Shown: positions 51,258-64,000, numbered from the stretch's first letter. The stretch: 64,000 nucleotides of DNA from Chrysomallon squamiferum (GCA_012295275.1 CM022678.1:19840001-19904000); one strand, 5' to 3'. A program made the numbers and translations. Notes: generated by a model from the sequence alone, not told the origin.

Positions 51258-54200
51258 ATTATTATTAATATTATTGTTATTAATATTATTAATATTATTA
51301 TTATTATTATTATTATAGGCAGTATATTTCTATCAGCCTGATGGGCGTGGACCATGTCTGGCGTTTGAAGGGGACAAACTACAACTACACTGGTTCCGTG
51401 GTTACCTCGTCATCGTCGGTAAAGACAGCAAACCTCTTCCTCGAGCTCCTGTCCTGTACGTTTCTCTAATCATCAACGTAATTAAATAAACATCAATGTT
51501 GTACGTTTATCTAATCATCAACGTAATTAAATAAACATCAATGTTGTATGTTTATTTAATCATCAACGTAATTAAATAAACATCAATGTTGTACGTTTCT
51601 CTAATCATCAACATAATTAAATAAACATCAATGTTGTACGTTTCTCTAATCATCAATGTAATTAAATAAACATCAATGTTGTACGTTTATCTAATCATCA
51701 ACGTAATTAAATAAACATCAGTGTTGTACGTTTATCTAATCATCAACGTAATTAAATAAACATCAACATTGTACGTTTCTCTAATCATCAACGCAATTAA
51801 ATAAACATCAACATTGTATGTTTCTCTAATCATCAACATAAATAAATATCGATGCTGCATGTCTTAATTACACTTAACTGTGATTTTAATGGGCAGTGCA
51901 GCACCTACCATAACCAAATAACAATTATATACTGTACTGCGTGAAATAGATAAGGATTTTGCTTTCGTTTCTTTTTTAACTGATTTATTGTTTTATATGA
52001 GTAATAAGTATATTTTTTATATTGACAAATAATGTTTTGAGTTAAATTTCACTTATAAATTGTTAGATGTCATCTGATTCTCCATAACCAGTATGAAAAG
52101 AATTAACAAAGCCTGTTTGAAATATGATTTACAGATATTATATTCATAAATTATTTTTAATTTAAAAACTTGATCCTTTCATATATTAAATTTTAATTTA
52201 TTATTGTTAACATACTTTTATTATTATCTTTATTATTTTAAAACAGCTGTTAATTAAATTTTTGATTTCCATGACAAATCATTTATGAGTTCAAATCATT
52301 AAATAAAGCAAATGTTAGATGTCACAAACATACACATGAATACATTAAAAAATAATAATAAAAATATTTAAATATTATATTCATAATTTATTTTTAATTT
52401 ACAAAAACATTCTACATAGTTAAATTTACATTATGCTGATCAAGAATTGAATTTTATTTTTTAATTAATAAAAACATTTTTAATTAAACAGTGATTCCCA
52501 TAATTCAAGGGATGGAGATGAACATTGTGACAGTCATGAATACATAAAAAACAAAAATAATAATAATAAATAAAACCCTGAAGTCATTGATCATTTTTGA
52601 GTGGGGACTATTGTAATGTCCTGGCTGGGGATTTTTAATTAAAGATTTGAGGATCTTAAAATTAAAATTATTTTTTAATTAATTAAAATTTTTTTTATAT
52701 TTCTGTGAAACCAAATTATGTTATGATAAATTATATAATATCATTTGTATGTGCTAATACGCTTGAAGACGTAATTTATTATTAGCAAAGTTTTAGTGAT
52801 CACTGTTAGCAAACACAACAGCAACTACTACTACAGTGACAGCTACTGATAAAATTTCAACCATTTCTGAAAGTTTGCAAATTTATTTAGGTCATTTCAT
52901 ATATCTCCTGACTTTTTATATTTTTTTGTTAAATAAAGACAGAAGAGGATGAAAAAGAAAAATAACAGATTTGAGGAAAAAATCAACTTTGACTGTTTAT
53001 AAGTGATTATAATATGATAAGCTTAGAACTTTGTTTTGATTTATTATTTCTAAGCAAAAAAAAAAAAAAAAAATTAAAATGATGAGCATTACTATTTCAA
53101 ACTGGGTTTTAGATTTTAATTTCTGGCTTTCTGGTGAGAATTTATTGTAAACTAAACTGAACTTTTTTTTGTTAGTAAATAAAAAGAAGGATCTGATAAA
53201 TAAGTTAATAATTAGACTTTGTGATTAAAAATAGAAATTGCCTTGATTTTGATGAATTTGAGTATATCTGATTATTTTTATTTAAACAGCAAGTGTATCA
53301 TTTGATTTGTTTTTTTTTTTTTTTTTTTAGTTGTATCAGTTGCAGGAGAAAGACACACAGACAAAACTAGAAATGTTGTTTAAGAAAAATAACTACACAC
53401 TGGCTATCAGGTGAGTCTTGTTGTTATTTATAAATTTAGTAGCTGTTTTTATTTATGTTTGTATGTTTGATTATGTATTTGTGGTGTGTATATATGTGTG
53501 CATGTGTTTTATTACGTGTTTTGGGGGGTGTGCATGTGTTTGGATTATGTGTTTTTGGGTGTTTATATGTGTGTGTGTTTGCGTATGTGTCTTTTGACGA
53601 TAATTAAAAATGAAAACATGTTAATGATCATTATGAAGATTATGTTGATAATAATGACATAACAACAGTAATAATAAAACAAAGTTAAAAATCTATTCTA
53701 TGTTCACGTTCCTGTAACCAACAACATAAATAAATAACATTTGTTATATTCCATAAATATATTTTTGTTATTTTATTTTTTTGCATTCAAATAATTATTT
53801 GTGTTATATTTTACTGAATTCTTGATTTAACACTGACGATAACCTAAGCAATATTTATAATAATATTTGTGATATAATTCATTAATTAAAAAAGAATTAA
53901 TGACAATAAATAGGTTTTCGACACAAATATTTACTTTTTACAGTTTAGCAAAAAGTCAACAGTATGACCAGGATGGCCTGATTGACATTTTCACTCAGTA
54001 TGGAGACCACCTGTATAGTAAGGGTGACCATGATGGAGCTATAGACCAGTATATTAAAACTATTGGCAAACTGGAGGCCTCATATGTTATCAGAAAAGTA
54101 AATTTACTTTTATTTATTTTTATTGTTTTTCTTATTACAGATGCCTATTTCAGTTCCACAACATCATCATCATCATCCTTATCATGATTTTTTTTTTTTT

Positions 54201-57200
54201 TTTTTTTTTTTTCCATTTCCAGATACATTTTAATTATGTTGTGGTAGTTTATTAGAAAGCTTCATAATTTATTTATTATTTTATCTTATTATTCATGTTG
54301 AGTATCTCATTTAGTTCAGTTGGTAGGAGGTTGGATTGTGAAGCTGAGGATTGTGGTTCAAATCCTGCTGGTGCATGTTAAATAGATGGCAACAATAATT
54401 TAAAAAAAAAAAAAAAAAAATTTCAACATTTAAAAAAAAAAAAACATATATATATATATATATATATATATACAAATAATAGTAAAAACAACAACAACAA
54501 CAACAACAACAACAAAAAAATAATAATAACCATAACAATAATAACAGTAACAACAATAATAGTAATAATAACAACTAATAATAAATAAAAGTAATAATAA
54601 TAATAACCATAATAATAATAAATAATAACAACAGCAATGATAATAATAATAATATAGTAATAATAGCAGTAATAACAACAACAACAATATAAATAATAAT
54701 AAAAATGAGGTTGTAACATCAGTCATTGTTTATTTCAGTTTCTGGATGCTCAGCGTATTCACAACTTGACAAAGTATCTCCAGGCTTTACACAAAGCTCA
54801 GATGGCAACAGAGGAACACACAACGTTGTTACTCAACTGTTACACAAAACTCAAAGATGACTCAAAACTGGACGAGTTTATCATGGTAAGTAAGATTTTT
54901 ACTATGTATTCCCCTTTATTTTACAAAACTCTAAGGTAAATCAAAAGTAGATTAACTTTTCACTTTTGTAGCTTTTGTTTATATATATATATATATATAT
55001 ATTTTCCTTTTTTGTTATATAAAAACTTAAAGATGGCTCGAAACTAAATGAATTTATTGTGAATATATGTTTTCTAAATAATTAGGGAATTATATTTGTT
55101 CCACAAAACTCAACTAGAATTTAAAATATGATGAAATTATCATAACTGATATACCAGTATATGGATATAGATATAGATATAAATATACATATAAATATAG
55201 ATAGAACTGAGAGTTTACTATAATTACAAAACAGCTTATAAATATTGTTAAATAAAAAAAAATATTTCCTTTCTAACACTGTTTACACTCTTTAATCACA
55301 TAATTACAACATACATACAAATCATTTTAATTTTCTTCTCATTGTTTGTGAGTTTTATATTAAAACTGTTGTTTATTTTTTTTTTGTTCTCAGACAAAAA
55401 GACAGAGAGGTAGACTTTGATGTTGAAACAGCAATCAAAATTACAAAACAGATTATAAATATGTGTTAAAACAAAAAAACATAGTGGTATCTGAAGATAC
55501 AGCTGGAGGACATAAAGGACTACCAGAGGGCACTCTTTAATCACATGAAGTTACAACGGAAATACATAGAAAACGGGAAGGTTTTTGAGCTGAAGTTTGG
55601 CAGACAACAGAGTTACTGAAACGTCTGTGTACTGATTTTAAACCCATTGTTTTTATATTTTTTATAATCAGTAAAAAAAAACTGTATAATTATTTTTGTT
55701 TGTTTTCAAACAAATGGATAGTAAGTTTTTTTTATATATTTTTTTAATAATTTTATAATTACTAAAAATAAATAAAATTATTGGACAGAGTTACTGAAAT
55801 GACGTGTACTGTTTTAAAACATATGGATTGTAAGTTCTGTGAAGTTTTTACATATTTTGTTTAAATTTTACAGCTAATAGAAAAGTTAAAACTTGTAGAC
55901 AAAATTATTAAAATAGTAAGTTATGCTAACATTTTTATAGATGTATTAATAAATTCATAGCAAAGTTAAAACTGTTTAGAGAGCACTAGTGAAATGAGTT
56001 TTTGTTGATTTTAATATGAATTATAAGTAATACCCAAATTTTACAATTAATAGAAAATTTTATATTTTTGAACTGATTTTAAACCAATAGAGAGTATGTA
56101 ATGCCCAGTATTTCCATTTTTTATTTTTTCTGAGCATTCTGCAATTAATAAATTAATAGAAATCTTAAAATGGTTGCACGAAACTGTTAAATATCTTTGT
56201 GTACTGATTTCAAACTGATTTTAAATACTACAGAAGCTCTAAAATATATATTTTTTTTTTTTTTGAGTTAAAGTAGATCTGCAATTAATAATTAACAGAA
56301 GAGCTGAAAATCTTTGAAAAATCTTTGAAAATAAACATTAAAAACTTAGAGAGTCAAATTCAGAGATTTTCTTTTCTAACTGAATATTTTACATTTTCTT
56401 AAGAGAAGAATTTTATTTGTTTTAGATCTATGATATTATTATTGCAACTGTGTCACATTTTCAGTGTTTTCTTTACAAATCTAATACTTTGAGTTAATAT
56501 TTGATATCAAACATTTCACGTATTGTCATGTTTTTATTTAAATATAATATCTTATTTTTCAAATAGGTCCCTTAGTTGATCAGTCATCTTTAGATGGTAA
56601 GTAAAAAAAAATTTTTTTATTTAACAAATTTTTATTTTCCTTTTAATAAGAAACAGATTTAAAAAAAAAAAAATTCCAGTGACCTATAATATCATAAACT
56701 ATTACATCATTTATTCAGAAGTAAAATATTAATAATTTTGAAAAATATCAAAGAAAAGAACCCAATACAGTTTGACATTCAAAAATCCAGCCATCGAAAA
56801 TCCGGTTCCTTCAGATTTCTGTCATGGATTTTCAAATTTACCGTGTTGGCACGCCTCTGTTTTCTGGAGGTGCCATTTATGTTTTGATGGCACCATAACA
56901 CCAGAATCAGCTGTTGGATTTTGCTTGCACCTGCTATCAGGCATTCCTGCTCATTCCTTCTCATCTTATCATTTATTTGCTGCTGTATACAGGTAGTAAT
57001 TTTCTGTTAAATATATACAGCATATATATATAACCATAAAAAATCTAGCATTTTTGAAAAATCCAGACTCTTCAGTTCCGGAGATTGCCAGATTTTTTAA
57101 TGTCAACCATCTGTTTATTGTATATTGTTAAAAAAATATAAAATTCCAAAATTAGAAATTCATTATAAGTAATACACAAGTCCACATGTTATTTTAATCT

Positions 57201-57973
57201 TTTTAAAAATAAATAGAAATCATATTTAATTAGTGTAATTATGTTGTCTTCATTTGATTTTTGAGTAACAGGAAGTGTTCAGAAAATAGAGAAGGCAAAC
57301 GCAGAGGAATTTATTCACATCTTTGTGAACAATTCATCAAAGTTAACTGAATTTCTTGAACATATGGTTGAGGTAGGTTTAATCTAAAAAAGAAATTATA
57401 TACATTTCATAATAATATAATTTTTGGGGATACTGGATACATAGGAATGAATTTTTGTTTAAATCAGTTTGCACTTTATTAATTATTCTTTTTATTATTA
57501 TGATTATTATTATTATTACCACTGCTACTACTACTATTATTATTATTATTTCTGTTGCCAATAATTCTACTACTACAACTTCTACTACTTTTATTTCTAC
57601 TGCTGCTACTTCTGCTTCAACTACTGTTGCTATTATTACTGCTATTAATACCACTATTATTATTATTATTATTGTGATGGTTATTGTTATTATTATTATT
57701 ATTATTATTGTTTTTATTTTTATTATTATTCAGGTGCAGCCTAACTCATCAAATCTAGTATACAACACTTTGTTAGAACTGTATCTTCATGATCTCACAC
57801 ACAAAGAAGAAATCGCAGTGAGTAGATTGATTAATATTATTATTATTATTACTGTTATTGTTATTAATATTATTGTCATCACTATCGTTAAATATCATAA
57901 TCATCAGCATCATTATTATCATTATTGTCATCAACATTATTATTATTATTATTGATTATTATTATTATTATTG

Positions 57974-58014
<41 letters not shown>

Positions 58015-58289
58015 AGCACAAAGTTGAACAGGAGAGGAAGACACTGGAATTGTTGAAAAGCCCTGATGTAAGATATTTCTGATGTTATACAAATAAAATA
58101 CACATGTCACTTAATAACACAAATACCGATAACGTGATATTTTTAAATCTTTAACATCATCACGTGCAAAAATTAAATACCTTTGATTATATCCAAAATA
58201 AGAGAAATTGTATATGTTACTTTAAAATATAATATCTGGTATTAATATCCGTTACAGATAAAAAATTTAGTATATAATCTATTACATCA

Positions 58290-58340
<51 letters not shown>

Positions 58341-58356
58341 AAGAGGGACACACACA

Positions 58357-58391
<35 letters not shown>

Positions 58392-60683
58392 CTTTGGCAG
58401 TCTCAGTGCACTAAGTTATAACAGAATCTCTAGTATATTTTAAGGCATTTTCATCAATCGAGTAACAGTGCCAGGTTATTAAGATTTTTCAACATTGTTA
58501 AAATTCAATACCTGAACACACTTCTATGGTGAAAAGACTAAATATAAGGATATTGCGAAATATTGAATTAACGAAAATGTAAATTAATATCTCTGTTCTG
58601 AAGACGTTGAATATGTATAAAAATAACAAAGAGATATTTGATTAATGTAAATTATGAATGAGTATCTGTCTGTTTCAGGCGCTGTATGATATTGACCACG
58701 CCCTCATTCTGTGTCAGATGAATAACTTCAAAGCTGGGATTCTCTATCTGTATGAAAAAGCTCATTTGTAAGTTTATTTAATTTATGTATTTGTAAGTTT
58801 ATTTATTTATATTTATTTATATATTTATTTATTTATTTATTTATTTATTTACTTATTTAATTATTTACTTATTTATTTACTTATATTTATTTATTTATTT
58901 TCTTATTTATTTATTTATTTATTTATTTACTAATTTGTTTATATTCATACTTTATTTATTAATTATAATTTTGTTGATTTTCTTCTGCCGTTTTGTTAAC
59001 TTGGTATTTTTTATCTCTTTCTTTCTTTCTTTTTTCTTTTTTTTTGAATTTTTATTACTTATTTCTTTGTTCGTTTGAATTATTTCTAATCAATATACCT
59101 CATTTTTATCTTTGATATTACTTAATCTGTCCCTGTATATCTCATCTTCTAATCAGTTATTTAATCCAGCTACTGATTAATCTGTCCATTATTCTTTTCT
59201 ACTTATCCTATATTAGTCTACATATTGTCTCGCATTTAAATAAATTTCTAATTAAAAATACTTTTTATCTGCTCATTCGTGAAAGCATTTAAATATTTAA
59301 TTTTTTGATTAATTTATTTATTTACTTGTATTCATTCAGTCACTCATTCATTTGTTTTTTACTTACTCATTTATTTATTTACGTTTTCTTGTCGGTAATA
59401 TTCAAATATTTGTTAATATTTAAATCTTTAATGTTTAATAAACATATTACCTGCTCTGTGTAATAAAATGTTTAATTATATTTTATTACCAGGTATCAGC
59501 AGATTCTCAGGTATCACATGGAGCATGACGAATTTATTCATGTCATTGAAGCATGCAAGAAATTTGGGTAAGCATCTTCCTTAATTTTCACCTTAATAAA
59601 ACACCTTGTAGGGGAGATAACCAGATCTTACAGAGAAAGAAGATGTTGATGATATTTGCATACTAGAAGTTTTATTCCATGTCATGTATTTTTAAAAGTT
59701 TGTGAACAAGAAGATTTGAGTTTCTAAGTTCAAATCTCATCATTGTTTATCAATAAATAATACATATGTATTTTGAAGTTATATAAAGTCTTGAAACTGT
59801 TTACGTAGAAATAAACTTTTTTTGTAAATTGAAAGAGTTTGCATTTATACAGCATTAAAAATGTTTTGTTTTTTTATTAGATAACAAATTTCAAATCACC
59901 AAGTTCAACTCTTGTCATAGTACTAAAGTTTGTACAAAATTAACAAAGTATTTTTATTTTAATTATCTGGAAAAAAAAGATTCAAGTATCTGGGTTCAAA
60001 TCTTGTTTCTGTTTTGTTTTGTGAAACATTAAAACAAAGTGTTTCTGTAGTGGTTTTAGCCTATAAAATTCAAATGAAGTTAGATTTTTTTATTTTTAAT
60101 TTTGGATTTTAATAACAAAATATATTTAAAAAAACTCATTTATTGTTTTTTATAGTTGTTTAGACATCAGTATTCTATTTTCACGAGTTCCTGTCTTGTC
60201 ATAGTTGGTTCTTGGTTTTATAAAACATAATGAAATGTTTTTGTAATTGTTCAGGCAGCAGGACTCGAGTCTCTGGGTTCAAGCTTTGTCATACTTCGCC
60301 AGAAAAGAAGACAACTGTAAAGCTCAGCTCATGGAAGTTTTGTCTCGTATCCTTGTCACAGCTTTTTTTATTTATTTATTTATTTATTTATTTTGTTTAT
60401 TCTGTTTATTTATTTACTTATTTATTTATCTATTTATTTATTTATCTATCTATTTATTTATATATTTTTTTTTATATTTATTTATTTAATTATTTGTTTG
60501 TTTATCTGTTTGTTTGATTGTTTGTTTCTTAATTAATATATTTCCTTTTTTATTTGTTTATTCATTTCTTTATTTTATTTGGTTGTTTTTTTTTCTTTTT
60601 TATTTCTTTCTTTCTTTCTTTCTTTAGTTATTTATTTATTGTATTAATTAATTATTTTTTAAATATATTATTCTGTAGAACAA

Positions 60684-60770
<87 letters not shown>

Positions 60771-62205
60771 AATATATATGTTTATAATTGTTGTAATATT
60801 ATTTTTTCAGATTTTACAAATATAACAAAATTTAAAAGTTTTTCCTTAATTTGTGCCAGACATTGATAAGAAGAACCTGTTACCTCCACTGTTAGTAATA
60901 CAGACACTAGCCCACAATTCAACAGCTACTCTCTCTGTTGTCAAGGTAACAGTCTCGTAGATCTTTAATTATTAATTTTATATTTACTTTTGATAATTTA
61001 ATTTTCAAATTATTGATAATCTAATTTTAATTTTAATGAAATAAAATAATATTCCATCATTTTTAAATTTGGACATAATTTCTGTATGAAATTATTTATT
61101 ACATACTTTTCTTAATTCATAATATAGGATTATATAATTTATAGAGTTGCAGGATTACAGAATTTAACATATAACAGGATTTACATAACTAATAATACTG
61201 TAGGATTATACAAAACATAATATTACAGGAATACTTAAATTATAATATGGCAGGATTACGTAATTGATTTATAATATTAAGGATTCTATAAATAACTCAT
61301 AATATTGCAGGATTGCATAATTAAATTATAATACTGCAGTATATTATAACTGCAGATAATATTACAGATATTACAGATCATATAAATAACTTTTAACATT
61401 ACATTGCAAAATTAATTTGGAAAATGCCAGCAATACACAGTTTATTTATAATATTAACAATTGAAAATCTCCAGGATTACATAATTCGTCGACTGCAGTT
61501 AGAAAATGATCAGATAGCCGAAGACGAGCGACTCATCAAGCAATACAGAGAGGACACTGACAAGAAACGAGCTCAAATCGAAGAACTCAAAACTTCGTGA
61601 GTCATTAAACATTAATCATTTTGCAAAGTAATGAGTAAACAAGCTCAAATTGAATGTCTCAGAACTTTATGAGTCATTAAGCATTAATTTGAAACACATC
61701 TCAGTAAATCTCTACATTATCAAACCATCACATACTGTTTACAAAGAACTAACCACAAAATAAATATCACAAAACAGTTTTCAGTAGAACCCAGAATTTC
61801 GTGGTTGTTAATTTTATAGCTGTCACAATAAACTTTTCTCTCAAGTAGTATCACACTAACTGAACTAATTTTGTTTAGTCTGTAATATATTTTTCTTACA
61901 TTTTTTTAATTCAGAAATTTTTTAGGTTTTTTTTGTTGTTGTTTTTTTCAGTGCTAAGATATTCCAGGCATCGAAGTGCAACATCTGTAACCACACGTTG
62001 GAACTTCCATCTGTGCACTTCTTGTGTGAACCACATTCCTACCACCAGCAGTGAGTCTGTTGTTTCCTTTCTAGTTTTTATTTGTAGTGTACAGATTATC
62101 AAAGACAATCATTCTGACGATTAAAGTCAGAAAGTAACATTTACTAAAAAAATTACATTGTGAATCTGTACTTTGATTATGTATTTTATAAATGTGTATA
62201 TATTT

Positions 62206-62249
<44 letters not shown>

Positions 62250-63851
62250 ATGTATGTGTGTATTAGTTAACATATTTTAAATAGTTTTCTAGACATCTTA
62301 ATAAGGTAATCAGATGTGTAGCATAATTTGTCTCCTTTGATAATTCCATGTACCATTCCCACCCTAGTCCCAAGTCTGCTTTATTAACATCTACCATAGG
62401 TCATTGTATATAATTTCCTGTTTGTAGGAAGGTCACATAAAAGTCACTTGTTGAGCTGTTTTTGAGGCACCATGCATTTCCAATTTCATTAGCTGTTTTG
62501 TTCATCACAAGATGAATAAGGAATTATAAAAAAAAAAAGATATATGTTAAATATTTGTTTACTAATTAATATGACTTTCTTTTATATAGATGGGTTTGTG
62601 AAATGCTGGCATTAAACCTTTCCTTTCAGTCAGTAGATTATATCCATTCAAAATATTTTGTTATCATTAGCTTTCGGAAAGTGGAGTTATCTTCTCATTA
62701 TGCTTTCAAGAAGTGGACAAACCCTCAGACTATAAAACCGCTGCCATCTGTTGGACAGCAGTGAAACTAAGAGTCCTTCTTTATTAATTACACAGTAAAG
62801 GGTTAACATGCTTGTTTGAAGACAGGATGGTGAAAGTGTTTTATATATGTGTGTTTTGTTGTTTGAGCTGTTTTTAATTACACAGTAAAGTGTTAACACA
62901 CTTGTCTGAAAACAGGATGGTGAAAGTGATTTATACGTGTGTGTTTTGTTATTCAGCTGTTTTTAATTACACAGTAAAGGGTTAACATGATGGTGAAAGT
63001 GTTTTATACATGTGTGTTTTGTTGTTTCAGCTGTTTTTAATTATACAGTATAGAGTTAACATGATGGTGAAAGTGTTTTATATGTGTGTGTTTTGTTGTT
63101 TCAGCTGTTTTGAAAGTTATGCTGAGAATGACATGGAGTGTCCAGTGTGTGCAGCAGAAAACAGGTAACTGATGTTAGTCTCACAGGTAGTGTGTTCAAA
63201 CCTCACTGGGTACAGAAGCAGCAACATGCTCTCTTCATACACATTCTCTCTCTCTCTCTTTCTCACGTGTAAATATGCAAGTGAAGATACGTAATTATTA
63301 TTGATGTTTTCAAAGCACACACACATACACACACATTCATATGACCAGTACATTAATAGCTTTGATCTTTTCAGATTAACTGATTGATGTAGAAATACTT
63401 ACATTTATCAGTTTTTAATGACTGATAAAATGCTAAAATGTTTAAGAATGTTCATCCATTCATAAATATTAAAAATTTCCCTGTTTTAAGTAACAGATTT
63501 TAAGTTACTTTAACTACATCACAGTTTCAGAAATACTCCTTCATTTGTACATGTCATAAAATATCTCCACTTATTTCTGTTCTGGAATTTTTCCAAAAAC
63601 TCTCAACACACAGAATTTGCTTGTTACAGAAATTACAAAATTACAAGATTTAAATCGAGTGTTGTTTCTAATTGTCAAAATTATTCTTAATAAATGTGAT
63701 TATTCATCTGCAGTTTAACAATTTACGGATGAAGTAAAAAAAAAATTTGTATCATATTTAATCAGTTTTTAATGTTATTTTTAGAAAAATTATGGATATT
63801 ATTCGAGCCCAGGAACAAACTAAAGATATTCATGAATATTTTCACAATCAG
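46040..63851 (+). CDS. VPS11: Vacuolar protein sorting-associated protein 11 homolog (HOPS/CORVET class C core); 3' end lies beyond the window
   Basis: MAFLQ|WRRFNFFDKE start. Exons 46040-46054, 47413-47487, 47999-48172, 48840-48890, 49172-49237, 49817-49914, 50477-50618, 50950-51039, 51319-51455, garbled about 52500-52635, 53331-53410, 53944-54097 (QYGDHLYSKGDHDGAIDQYIKTIGKLEASYVIRK), 54739-54885 (FLDAQRIHNLT), garbled about 55394-55650, 56567-56596, 57272-57372, 57734-57817, 58017-58067, 58679-58767, 59493-59567, 60255-60346, 60860-60945, 61475-61596, 61952-62050 and 63105-63164 (RING-H2), 63785-63851. Confidence 0.96.
51456..51850. repeat. 45-bp minisatellite beginning with the VPS11 donor site
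   Basis: GTACGTTTCTCTAATCATCAACGTAATTAAATAAACATCAATGTT, about 9 copies. Confidence 0.95.
54305..54375 (+). pseudogene. tRNA-like sequence (tRNA pseudogene or SINE head)
   Basis: A-box TAGTTCAGTTGGTAG and B-box GGTTCAAATCC at tRNA spacing, but the acceptor and anticodon stems do not pair well. Confidence 0.55.
56768..57113. mobile_element. Non-autonomous DNA transposon (MITE) remnant
   Basis: Left end TA|CAGTTTGACATTCAAAAATCCAGCCATC; the right end reverse-complements to CAGATGGTTGACATTAAAAAATCTGGCAATC. Confidence 0.55.
60347..60859 (+). other. U12-type GT-AG intron in VPS11
   Basis: Donor GTATCCTT; branch TTCCTTAAT at 60842-60850, 9 nt before the end of the intron (TTGTGCCAG). The join gives VLS-H-IDKKNLLPPL. 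Confidence 0.9.
62350..62628 (+). mobile_element. Highly diverged SINE fragment
   Basis: TCCTGTTTGTAGGAAGGTCACATAAAAGTCACTTG core-like segment and an ATTAAACCTTTCCTTTC tail. Confidence 0.35.
62740..62754 (-). promoter_or_regulatory. CTCF-like motif
   Basis: Minus strand reads CCAACAGATGGCAGC. Confidence 0.4.
62786..63111. repeat. 74-90-bp tandem repeat containing the VPS11 acceptor
   Basis: Four copies of GATGGTGAAAGTG.TTTATA..TGTGTGTTTTGTT.TT(C/G)AGCTGTTTT. Confidence 0.9.
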
Positions 63852-64000
63852 GTAAAGATTTATCTTTTTTTCATTGTTTTTTTAACCTACCTTTTTATTT
63901 ACTTCTATTTTATAATATTTATTTTCAGTCTTTTATGATAATATATATATATATATATATATTATATATTCTTATTTTGTATTTCATTTAACACTATTAA

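Noticed and set aside
54305-54375. Functional tRNA-His(GTG)
   Set aside because: A and B boxes are present but the cloverleaf stems do not pair; listed only as a tRNA-like relic.
46040-63851. VPS11, ECHDC3 and the coiled-coil gene as pseudogenes or recoded genes
   Set aside because: Damage is confined to one or two exons per gene, which contain offset copies of nearby sequence, while all other exons are intact. An assembly artefact is more parsimonious than pseudogenisation, editing or frameshifting.

Overview
AT-rich, microsatellite-laden animal genomic DNA with spliceosomal introns. It is probably a mollusc, possibly a gastropod (inferred from SINE type and composition, not proven). Five intron-containing genes were reconstructed by hand from splice signals and phase continuity: (1) minus, 192-11470: a 542-aa protein with a signal peptide, two tandem PEBP domains and a GPI-anchor-like tail; (2) minus, 14675-20226: an unnamed 324-aa type I membrane protein; (3) plus, 20683-26814: ECHDC3; (4) minus, 30115-45109: an unnamed coiled-coil protein; (5) plus, 46040 to past the window end: VPS11. 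Genes 2/3 and 4/5 are head-to-head pairs. Notable signals are a U12 AT-AC intron (gene 4), a U12 GT-AG intron (VPS11), a GC-AG intron (ECHDC3), CTCF-like motifs, SINE and Tc1/mariner-type MITE remnants, and a recurring pattern of tandem repeats seeded at exon-intron junctions that copy splice sites. Four exons are garbled in a way that points to assembly-consensus artefacts. Most listed ORFs are microsatellite noise. No prokaryotic-type system or CRISPR array is present.
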